This document shows, in pieces, positions 13,261 to 24,394 of a DNA stretch of 64,000 bases. Each line of letters opens with the position of its first letter. Within the stretch, counting starts at the first letter, position 1. Origin of the DNA: Marsupella aquatica (Eukaryota; Plantae; Marchantiophyta). The notes beneath the pieces were generated by a model that was not told the origin of the DNA, made no database searches, and worked only from the letters and a program-made list of their open reading frames with translations. The translations under genes and the position numbers were made by a program. The stretch spans positions 18,859,292 to 18,923,291 of the forward strand of contig OZ316898.1 of NCBI GenBank assembly GCA_973895155.1, written 5' to 3'.

Positions 13261-14540
13261 ATAGGTTCCACTCCAATAAGTTTATATGTGGATTGTCGTT
13301 AGGACTCATCATGTTCTGGATATCATGGCACTATTCTTGAGATAGACGTGGCTATTAGTAAGATAGTAGAGCTTGTAATAATTGACCGAATTGAGGGTGA
13401 GAATTCAGGCACTATTGAGGCTGCAATTGGTGTTTGTCGTGCCCTGTAACATGTTCAGGAGTTACAATTAGTGAGGTTGTTTATGATGATAACCACCCCA
13501 AATAACCACAAAATTGATGCTATTCTTTATGAGCTCCAGAAAGATGCCGGCACAAATGTAAGAATGTTCTGAAGCAATTTAACACAAGTTGCTGGTGGGA
13601 TTGATGGTGCAATATCCTTTTAAGAACTGGGTAGATTCACTGTTCAAGTGTTGTTGAATTGGTGCAAAAACCAAAATTAAGGTATACAGGTAATAAAACA
13701 AAATTGGTGCATTGCATTGAAAGACATAGAGGGCTTCCGGAGGAGTACATCACATTGCACATCAGGATGCAATTGAAGTATCTACAACTGATAATGAAAC
13801 AACTTGGTGATAAGTTGAAGAATTGGTTTTACTATTGTTGTTGCAATGCAAAAAAAAGGTAAGATGACAACTACGATATTAAATTGCATTAACATTAACT
13901 TGAGCAATGAACTCTTTCATTATTTGAACTAAGCTGGCTCTTGATTTATATTGTAATGATTACTTACTAGTAGGGGAAATGATGATGCTACCATGTTGGC
14001 TAGGGAGATCATCATAGCAATTATCATGTACTGGGTTGGTAACCATCAACCTTGCAAAATTTTTCTTCCTTGCAAGTGTTGTGAGGAAAGTGCAACTTAT
14101 ATACCATAATATGTCACAAGTATTATGTATCAATTATTCAATTTGGTTGTAAGTTATGTATTTATGAGATAAACAATGTGCTTGGATTGTTTACCTGATA
14201 TTTTGGCATTTCTAATATTTTTGAATATATGGATTATTGTGGATTTGTAGGGGGTTCTACACATAGTCTAGCTTTGAAGCAATGATTGCATAAGAATATC
14301 ACTGCAGTCAATATTCGCTTCTACACTAGAGCCCAAGCAAACTTTTTTGGTGAAACATTTCATGGAAACATTGACAAATATGCCATGAAGAGGATTCATT
14401 TTTCCATGACTCATGAATCCTGCAAGGCATGTGCTACAATGTGTTGGAATGAAAATATTGGCGAGAGATGGTGCGAGTTTAAACACAGCAGCCTAGTAAT
14501 ATATGTATCTGTCAGCCTACATCAAGGGTTCGTGACCTTG
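13261..14540 (+). pseudogene. Degenerate DDE transposase, Kolobok-like
   Basis: Manual translation across stops and frameshifts gives YVDCR*DSSCSGYHGT, EVVYDDN, KD..HKCKN, KLKNWFYYCC, YWVGNHQPC, GETFHGNIDKYAMKRIHF and CWNENIGER. Confidence 0.55.
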
Positions 14541-15262
14541 TTCCTAGAAGTATCAGATGGAAGAAAGACGCGGCTCATATCATATTTGGATAAGGTGTAG
14601 ACTATGATTTGTGATACTTGATATATATATTTTTAGCTGAAAACTTCCACTATTGTCTTGCATTGTCTTTAGGGCATATGTAAGTTATAGGTTTTACTAT
14701 ATTCATTTGTCATCTTTTTAGTCTCATATATCACCCTGCTATGTATTGTTTTTTTGTAATAGAATATATATTTGTAGGATGTGAAAGTTATGGCTTAACA
14801 CCCTCAATGAAAGCTCGGGGGCCTCAGTATACAAAAGACCCCATATCATGCTCGATGTTTTGGGTCCTTGTGACCCTAACTTATTAAGTAAAAAAAAAAT
14901 TCCCTTTCTCTATTATACTTATAAGAATTTCAAATCATAAGATTTTGACCCCTAAAAATAGTTAAATAACGTTTTATAGTCAATTAAACATACCATAGTA
15001 AGAAAAGAAAAGTTTTTCAATTGCACACCTTTCTCAAGTCTTCGAGCACTAATATCTTCTTTGGCGTTGATATCTCATGCAAAACTTATAATATATACTA
15101 CTGATGCTTCCACTATATATAGAATCTCAAATCTAGTAGAAGCTTCAGCAATATACAATATAAATTATTCATATTTGCATTGTATGCTGCTTGAATGTCA
15201 CATGTGAACTATAGGTGCAACAAAAGGGAATCTCCCAATATTCAAAATCTTTATATGATGAA

Positions 15263-15419
15263 TGTTATATCCTAACTAGACTCCATGGTTACCTTAACCA
15301 TAGTTACCGTATAGGATAATTCGGACGGAGACTATATAAAGAGATGCACCCATTCATTCTAGAGAGAGGAATCTCATTATCATTTTCCCGCATCATTCCT
15401 CAACATGTTATCAGCACGA
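15263..15419 (+). mobile_element. Short (~143 bp) LTR plus Bianca-type PBS of a decayed Copia element
   Basis: tgttat...ctcaaca (15263-15405) with internal TATATAAA, followed directly by tgttatcagcacga. Confidence 0.55.
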
Positions 15420-16859
15420 CTCTAGACCAGCTGAGCTTGATCATGAATTTTTTTTTAGGAATTTCCCTATGGCTATGATGAATGAATGTTCTCTTAAGGA
15501 TTTCCAAGTTATGGAGGAGAATTGAATTGGGAGTGAGAAGGCTAGTAGTTTGAACCACCAAGAGAACATGAGTCACGTTGAAGCAACGACAGGATGTAGC
15601 ATTGTGGTCGCGCCGAGAGCAAGCTTATGAACGCTGTGATATGATCAAAAGAAATTTTGTTTTGAAGGGTGATTCTGAAGATCGTGTGGGAAAGCAGTAT
15701 TCAAGGCAATGATTTGAGTCAAGTGGAAAGCTATGGCTGAGGCAAGAGAGATCGAGTTCAGCCGCGCTGCTTCCTTCTACCCAACCAGGCCAGATCAACC
15801 TAAATCACTTGAAGCGATGAGTTGACAACCTTAACAAGAGGCAGAAAGAGAAGAGCAGAGATCGGAAGCCAAACAGAGACAGCCTTGAATGAAGCCAGGT
15901 GGATCGAGAGCAAATCAGGACCCGATCGGGATCATAAGAAAAAATTTCAAAATCCTAACCTTATAAGAGATGAATGCAGGCGCCTTCTCTTTCCTTGAAT
16001 TTCACAATGTTTCTCAACCGCTGACAGTTTCTTGTTGGTCGATCTGCGAGCCATAAAGGATGAAAGGAAATGCCCATTACACACGATCGAGTGAAGTACA
16101 GGCATTACAAGAGGCCAAACATGGATGTTGAATTGGTGGTTTGCTGATTCAATGAAGATTCCAATAAGAGCCATTTGATACAGTCGTATCAAATTGGAGA
16201 AGATAGAAGCAAATGTCGTGGAGGAAGAACATCTTGGCTTTGGTTGTGAACGTACGGGAGATAGCATCCAGCGAAAGAAACGAATCATCGTTGTGGGGTC
16301 TAGATCTGATAGCATTTTATGAATCCTAAATATGGAATGTTGTGCTTGTCCAAGAATGAGCCTGAGAAGCTGATCACAATCAAAGAATGAGCCAAAGCGA
16401 CAAGTGAGATTTCAAGAGACACACATGAGTGACTTAAATATGCAACATTCGATCTCAAAATCCTCGAGAAAAACTCGAACACCAAATAAGTGCAACCCTC
16501 ATTAAATGCACAGTATAGTAAAGAGTTTCTGAAATACAAATGCTTGGGTGCACTTATCCAAAGACAAGAGAATCCCATGTGTTTCAGTGCAAAATCTTCA
16601 TTTTTGAAAAACTATCCATATATGCACATATTAACAAAAAAAATCTTGTTGACAACGGATGTTTTGCACTTATGGATAAACAAATGAAATGAAAAATGAT
16701 AAGTGCACATTGCAAATTTATACAACAATTTACATAGTTTACACATGGAAACACATCAACTGGTTTAGGGAAATTATATGTCACTTGTTGAATTTGCATA
16801 CATTAACATACCTTACATGTGCAACACATGCTTTACATGCATTTGATATATTTACATGT

Positions 16860-17330
16860 CATACCACCCTTACTTGACTTTGCACATTGGAAATAATGGT
16901 TTTATACCAAATACCTCTACTTTCCATTTACAAAGTGGTTGTTACACCCATTTCAATCATAAAATGGTTTTTACACCATTTTACACCCCTAGTTTACACC
17001 TAATGATACCATTCTAGATTATACCTCATGACACCAGTTTACACTAGTGTATGTCTTACCATTGTATAATCCCATGCTTTACATTGGGTTTATACTTGTT
17101 TACACTAGTTATACCAGATTACACTTGCTTATAGCATTTACACTGGTTTATACCAATTTACACCATCAGGGGGAGTAAACTTTGGTCCATACACTTTTTG
17201 TGTGTAAATTGACCATTTATAACTTTTACACCAATTGATATGGGTTTACACCCATTTACACCCTACATTAGGGCAATATCTTACTTAAGGGTCTTATCCT
17301 CATGGCCTTTACACCATAAACAACTCAAAC
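16860..17330. repeat. Dense array of TTTACACC/TTATACC-like short motifs
   Basis: More than 20 imperfect copies on the same strand in AT-rich DNA. Confidence 0.75.
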
Positions 17331-17379
17331 GAGAGCTTTTATAGCCATTGTTCGGTGGGATGCTAGTTTTTAAGTATGG

Positions 17380-18065
17380 AACTAATACCATACCTTTAAC
17401 CATGCTCTATGACCTAGTTTTTGAGGTATTTGGTAAGGTATAGATTTTCTGAGATCCAGTGATCGATGGCAGATATATTTCTCACGAACTTTGAGTCCGA
17501 GGAATCGCCTCCGCGATATGACTGCCCATTTTAGCGTCGGGCGCTACTCAAAACTATGGCGTCCTTCTCAAGATCCAGGATTGCACGAAGATCCACATTC
17601 ATCGTCCACCCCTGCTTTCGCTCTATAGCGATCTTGCTGAAAACCAAATGTGCAAAATTGGGAATATCGTTGACTCAGAAGTCTTCAAGTTGGAACTGAG
17701 GAAGAAGGACCTGGACAATTTGTGTCATGGAAATCGACACGCCCAAGGAACTCCGCAGTGTGCACTTCAACTTCCCAATCAATATTCGCCGATGGATCTT
17801 GGGGAGTGGGATAGTGAATCGAGAAACGTTCCTGAAATGGTCTAGGGGGAGAATCGGGAAGCCATGGAATGTTTCGATCCCCAGGACTCATCCCTTCATC
17901 ACGAGGCAAGAAAAGACGATTTTGAATGTCCGATGTCTCCGTCACGACACTCTCATTGTCCACAATGGATGTGGAGGAAAAAATTAGTTTCCAATTGCGC
18001 CACCAACAACGAGACATGGTGCGGTGGCCTTGCGCTGCTACCATTACCAACGTTCGGGACTCCAT
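17380..18065 (-). pseudogene. Degenerate third ORF of the MULE, unknown function
   Basis: ORF 17685-18065 continues via a frameshift into ...FAHLVFSKIAIERKQGWTMNVDLRAILDLEKDAIVLSS...ISAIDHWISENLYLTKYLKN. Confidence 0.3.
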
Positions 18066-18897
18066 GCTCCATCACTCTGGAATCAGGAATGACTCACTTT
18101 CTTCAAATGATGCGAAATGAGGAACGGGAAAGGAAAAAAGCGCTGTAAACCCAAAACAAAAACTCTCTCTATGAACAACGTCCAAAAAGTTTTGGGGAAA
18201 CAGAAGTGGATCTCATTCCTTGTATAGGCGTAGTTACCGGTGGGAACGGCCCAATGCCAATGAGGAAAAAAATCCAATAGAATCGACAAGAATTCCAACG
18301 GTAACAATCCCTGACAACGGATCCAAAGACCAGCATAAGAGACAATTTGGCTAACGCCAGGCGCTATCAAAGTGAAACAATAATTATCATCACTGATGGA
18401 CGAGAACATAAAAGACTGGGAAACAAACCTGGCGTTGACTGTGTCTTTCAAAAATGCCAACAATTCAAATATATAAAAATTAAGGTTAAGGATTTCCCAT
18501 TTTTACCAAATAACGACGGGAGAAAATAGTCATTTAACGGCAGTAGTCGAAACTAACCAACGACCACTGGACAATATCTGTTGTCTATCAATAGACTCCA
18601 ACGGTAACAATATCCGCGATACACACCTTTTTGGCTAACGCCCGACGCTAACAAAAACTCACAAAAAATTGGCTAACGCCTGGCGCTATCCAACATAGGT
18701 CCCAAGAATTCAAAATATTCACTCCCAATCTAGGTCGAGATAATCCAATGATTTCTGTATAAGTCTCTAAAACTCTAGACTTATAGAGATTCAAGATTCA
18801 AGATTCAATAGAACTTGGACCTCACGAATGACGCAAATAAACTGAGAACATAGTATTTATTATATGTGGATTCTTGAAATTGGTTTACAATGAAATT

Positions 18898-21800
18898 CTA
18901 ATCGGAGGACTCTGCCTCACTACTCTCGGACCTATCAGTAGATTCCGCCTCATCGTCCACAAACTCACTTCTACAAATGTCATCCACAAACCTCCTCACC
19001 AAAAACTTCCTATCACAACCTCTCCTTAGACGAAGGCCCTTCGTTTTCCAAGACAATGTTCGGCACCTCTCAACTTTTCTGGCCGCCCTCTCTGCGTATG
19101 ATGGAAGGATAAATGGTTTTTCTGGTGTCATCTCCAATGCTTCAGCAATCGTTTTTCGAAGGTCAAACCTTCTCCGCATATTCCACTCCGACCTGAAAGT
19201 TTTCATAGATATTAAAAATCTGTACATGTAAAAATATCTTATTGAAAACTGTCGTGAATTTGGATCGGACTTACGAGCATTACTGAGAAGACTCCTCATC
19301 CTCGGATTCAGATTCTGATCCCAAAGTATTTCTCTTATCTTCCTCGTCATCTCCAAGATCGACGACGGGAACATCTTCCTCATCAGGTTCCCCAGCACCA
19401 TCCGCCTCGCTCTCTTCAGAATCAAAGTTTAAAATTGATCTAACTCTGTCCAACTTCTCTTTCCCCTTCCTTGAGATTGTCTTTTCCGGAGTCAAAGTTG
19501 ACTTTGGCTCCAAAATGTCATCTAGCATAAATCTTGCAGCAGTCACAAACTCTCTCCGCCCTTCGACACCAATAACAAATCTACCACAATAGTCTCCCGC
19601 CACAAATGAACTTCCCGAACAAGCGGTCCAGTCAATGAAAATATCCCTACGACAGGAGATGAGCTCTATGACAGATTGCATAAACCCAACTGTGAGCCTT
19701 CCGTTTCCACAGGCCACAAGGTCTGGCATTGGATCAGTCTTTAAAGACGGAAGTCCTATAAGATTCGTAATAGAGGGATCTTCGGAGGGTGACAATGGAC
19801 GAAACTTGGGGTCTTTGGGGATTGAAGTTTTGCTTGAAACACGGCCGAATATATCCAACCTCAGCGTGAAGATCTGAAAAACAAAATAATAGTGAGGTCG
19901 TGGTAAACAATTTCAACTAGCATAGTGATACATAATATTAGCGCCTGGCGCTGGCCAAAAAGTAATGCAGATAATTCTTACCTGAGTATCAGACTTAGGT
20001 TTGTACATAGGAAATCCCATGACGACTGTATGCGAGGCAATACAAGAAAACTTCTAAGATTGTTGGCATGCAGATATTACTTCCGAAATCTGATCGTACT
20101 CTCCAGTGTGAAGAATAGCCAGAAGTACATCGTCAGAAAGGAAAGGGTCCATTGCACTAAAAAAAGCCAATGGAAGAGAGTGGTCTTGCAAATTCCATTT
20201 GGGTACTTTTTTGTCCAGAAGAGATGGTCTCAACCAGTTGGCAAATAGAGAAAGCCGGCATCGACACCAAATGCCCTAACTTTACCCCTCTGATTACCCC
20301 CTTAGCACGGGATCCCGACTTAACCAGATTTTTACCCCAGCTCTCAACCCGACCAACCCATGATGGCTTCTCTTCCCGCTTGAACACACTCTCGTAGAAG
20401 TCTGCCAAGGTGGACTCCACAAATGTATGTCTCGATTTATTCCCCTTGAAGTCTCCCACATTCCATTGCAAACCAATCGCTGCAAGCGTTTCCCGCTGAG
20501 AACCCACGGACGTAGAAACCCGACGTTTCTTCTTCCTCCTTATGCTGGTTGCATCCACGGGTGGAACACTCACATCCTCAGGCGTTGCCGAACCTTCAGG
20601 CGGCTCATCATCCTTCTTGACACTAATTTCACGAAAGGGCTCTGGTGTTACAGTTCCGGCATTACCAGAAACCAACCCCGCATCTGATTTTCGAGACCCT
20701 GCTAAAAAACGAAATTGTGGTTAATAATAGCGTCGGGCGCTAGCCAACACTATGTTTCGACAACTAGACAGAACTAGAAAAACAAACATAGGAACTCACT
20801 CTTTCAGGTCTCTTTATGAGATCCACTTGGGGTTGTTTCTTGCTTGGCTTTCGCTCTGGGTTTCCGACTCCTTGCAACTTGGACGACTCGAGTCTCGCAA
20901 ATCCTTTGTAGCTCTATGGCCGATCGATCTATCTCTTCATTGGTCGCTTGCTTCATCTCCGACATAATATTCTTTGGAACTATATTCTTCGATAACTTCT
21001 GGAAAGCATCTTTCTCCGTATCATCAAATGGGGAACTCCACTTCTCTGTGTCAAGATACCATGGACAATGCTAAACCTCCCAAATTGTCATCTTTCTTGG
21101 GGGAAACTTCCCTTCTGCTGGGTACATCGAGTACCCAAGAAAGTCCCCAGATGCTTCAGACCTCGAAATTACAACGGCCCACTTTTGAAAGGCACCAGGA
21201 TAGGCCCAAAAATAGGAAGGGTCACTCCTCTCCATTTTCATGTAATATCTATACAAATATCTCTTTGCTCTCTTGCGGTTGATATCACTCAAATCCTCCT
21301 TATCAGCGTACTTGGATTCCCAGATGTTGTTGAAGAACTTGGCCCTTACGGAATCACCGTACTTTCTAAAATCCTCTAAAATTACTTCCCTCAACTTCTC
21401 AAATGTCATGACCTCTCCGACCAGTGTTGAAAGACGTTGTTCTGTACACGAAGCCATAACTTCGTTCAAAGACGCATCTAAGAGAGCAGTGGCTATCCCC
21501 TCAATTGTATTCCAAACATGCCAGGTGTGACACCACTGCTTGACGGGGTCATCAGAAATGCCAAAGGGATGAAAAAACTATTTCCGTAAGTCGGGAGTAC
21601 AATGAGCAACGAGAAGTGTACTTCGCAGCTTTGGATCTAATGCCGAATTGGCAGTGAACAAGCGAGCTCTATCCATCGTGCAGAATACGGCGTAAGGGAC
21701 CTTCTCGCGTTTCAGCCGATCAGTAAGACTATACATTTCTGCACAAGTGTCCATGAAATCTTCAAACTCTGGGCTCAGCAAGGAAGTGAGCTTAGGTTTT

Positions 21801-22974
21801 CACGGTCCACTCCTTAGTTGCTTCCTTCATCATCTGATTGTGATGAAGATTGGTCTCTTCAACAGACCATGGTGCACCGGAATTGCTCGCCTGGGTCTTC
21901 ATCACCTGGAATTGTTGCGAGTAGGACTTGATCTTATTCTCACATAAGATATAGACCAAAGCCTCCATTGGCATCTTCTTAGTAAACCAAGAACCTTTTC
22001 GGGTCCCTTTTCGAGTCTTCTCAAATTTGGCGTAATTCGCTTCGTCTATGATGGGTTTATAATATTCAAGATCATGTGCCAAAATCCTCCTGATTCTGTT
22101 CGTGTCCAGAATCCAAGAAGACTCTACAACTGCTTGCCCCGTCTTGTGAAATTCAGCATATTAGAAATAGCGCCTGGCGCTAACATAGACCCTTAAACCA
22201 AACAAAACATAGAATGCACAGACATAAACCGAGAAATTTGAGAGTTTCAATCATTGGTGAGAGACAACTCACTGGTTCACAATGTGCATTGCTGCTTCAA
22301 TCTCGATGATAGATTCCTTGTCCCCCTTGAATATTGTGCACTGCACTCGAGGATGATACTTTGGATTCTCTGGGCTCTCACTAGTAACTTGTGTCCACAA
22401 AAATAGTCGATGATTCCCATCAAAAACTGAGAACATTTTGTCCTTGAGGACCAAGAAAGCGGGGTCTGCTTCACATTCGGCTTCAAACAATTGGTTCTCC
22501 GCAACCCAAATCGGATCCCAGGTGCTCCAAATGTCATCTGTACACAACTGTGGAGCACCTTCGGCGTCGGATGGTTGGACAAAAAACCGCATGCCTATGG
22601 ACGAATTGTACCCAGATGTCCTGAAGGAGTCCTTCAGCTTCTCGATTGATTGACTATTCCTCTAAAGAGTGCGGACGACCTCCATATGAACGAGACGGCA
22701 TAACGGAATTCGCATCAACGCCAAACGACATGACGTGCTTTTCTATCACATCGACCACTGATTTCTCAATATCTTCGGCGTTCTGGACAGCAAACTCACC
22801 GACCTGCTCCATTTTTGCTCGCCTTGGTTTTGGACACGGAAGCTCTACCTGACTGAGGGGATACTGCGCAGTGGAACGAGTTATCCTTCGACTCGAAACA
22901 CAACTAGAATACGACGACTCTGAAGACTGAGAATGGTTTGGTGACCCAGATCCCATTTTGTTATACTCTCTCAC
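18898..22974 (-). pseudogene. ParB/Srx-like domain + beta-class DNA amino-methyltransferase-like (N6_N4_Mtase) fusion, spliced and disrupted
   Basis: N-terminal FSVFDGNHRLFLW (ParB GxxR). C-terminal motif IV-like RVDAGFLYLPTG after removing an 83-bp insert, motif VI-like AMDPFLSDDVLLAILH, and motif X-I-II-like GRLTVGFMQSVIELISCRRDIFIDWTACSGSSFVAGDYCGRFVIGVEGRREFVTAARFML. Introns at ~22144-22272 (acceptor mutated), 20699-20799, 19874-19981, probably also ~19220-19274. Several in-frame stops and frameshifts. Confidence 0.75.
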
Positions 22975-23589
22975 ACATCGTGTTGCGATGTACTCCCGTG
23001 CAAGTTGGAATCGTACGGGAGTTCAGTCAGGAATTAGTTTGGGAGTTCGGAGACACTTACTCGTGTGGAGTTCTTGTACGTCTACCAGCAACCATACCAA
23101 CGCAATTGAGGCAAATCTTCCACACCCGAAACAACTCTAGAAAGCCCGAAGTACCTTCAATGTACGGCCGTTGGAAATATTTTTGATGGCATACTCAATT
23201 GAGAAGGGTATGTAAGGTCTGGGGGACCGTTAAACGAATAAGTTTGTAGAGGTCAAACTCGACAAACACCTGGAGAAGATTGGACCGTTGATTAAGTCTC
23301 AGATGGATCGACCAGGGTTCAACGGAGTTGTGTGAAGGTATCCGTTGAAGTTACCGTTACTAAACCCCCAGGATACGAATGGATCCAACCAGCGAACGAG
23401 CCACATATACCCGTTCAAGTTACCGTTGAATCACAGGCGTTCCATAGATAGCGCCCGACGCTAGTATTGGGGGTTATCTTTATGGTGACATTGTCGTCTC
23501 CAATAGATCATATAGATCAAAATAATATCCCTATGAAACACATTTGGAATGCTTATTTTACTAGTGCCCGGCGTTAGCGAAAGATCCGA

Positions 23590-23935
23590 ATATATATATT
23601 CAAGTTACAGTTTAATAGCGGGTCTACGATAGCAGAGCTAGCAAAAGGGTCCCAATATATACATTCAGGTTATCGTTTAATAATGGTTCTACCATAGATA
23701 GCGCCCGGCGCTAGCAAAAGGGTCCCAATATATATGTTCAGGTTACCGTTTAATAATGGGTCTACGATAGATAGCGCCCGGCGCTAGCAAAAGGGTCCCA
23801 ATATATATGTTCAGGTTACCGTTTAATAATGGGTCTACGATAGATAGCGCCCGGCGCTAGCAAAAGGGTCCCAATATATACGTTCACGTTACCGTTTAAG
23901 GTTGGGTCTTCGATGGATAGCGCCCGGCGCTATCA
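23590..23935. repeat. 73-bp tandem array, each unit with the TAGCGCCCGGCGCTA palindrome
   Basis: Palindromes start at 23699, 23772, 23845 and 23918 (period 73); degenerate related units span ~23400-24275. Confidence 0.9.
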
Positions 23936-24394
23936 TTGGGGTTATCTTTATGTGAACAATGTCATTTGTATTAGGTCCAATTGATCAAAATAATTTCCCA
24001 TCCGAACCACATTTTGACACTCTTACTTTACTAGCGCAGGCGCTAGTCAAATATCCCAACCTATATTCGTTCAAGTTACCATTTAATAATGGGTCTTTAT
24101 TAGATAGCGCCTGACGCTAGCATTGGGGGTTACCTTCGTAGATGATATTTGAGTCCAACTTTTCCACTCGTACTTTGCTAGTGCCTGGCGCTAGCGAAAG
24201 AGTCTACTCAAATAAACACTCAATTGTTTCACGACAAACCAAAACATTATATACATTTGATAGCGCCAGGCGCTACCATTCAAATTTGTAATTGAATTGA
24301 TATGAATTATGTTCACTTATGATACAATGTCTCATATACTGTCAAATTGTAATGCAGTTAGAAAACGACAAACATTCATTGATGGCCGGTCATT

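Noticed and set aside
18898-22974. Bacterial or phage contamination as the source of the ParB-MTase
   Set aside because: It has phase-compatible GT-AG introns and shares the palindrome and decay pattern with the adjacent eukaryotic transposase.
23400-24280. Palindromic repeats as a CRISPR array
   Set aside because: The intervening sequences are near-identical tandem units, not unique spacers.
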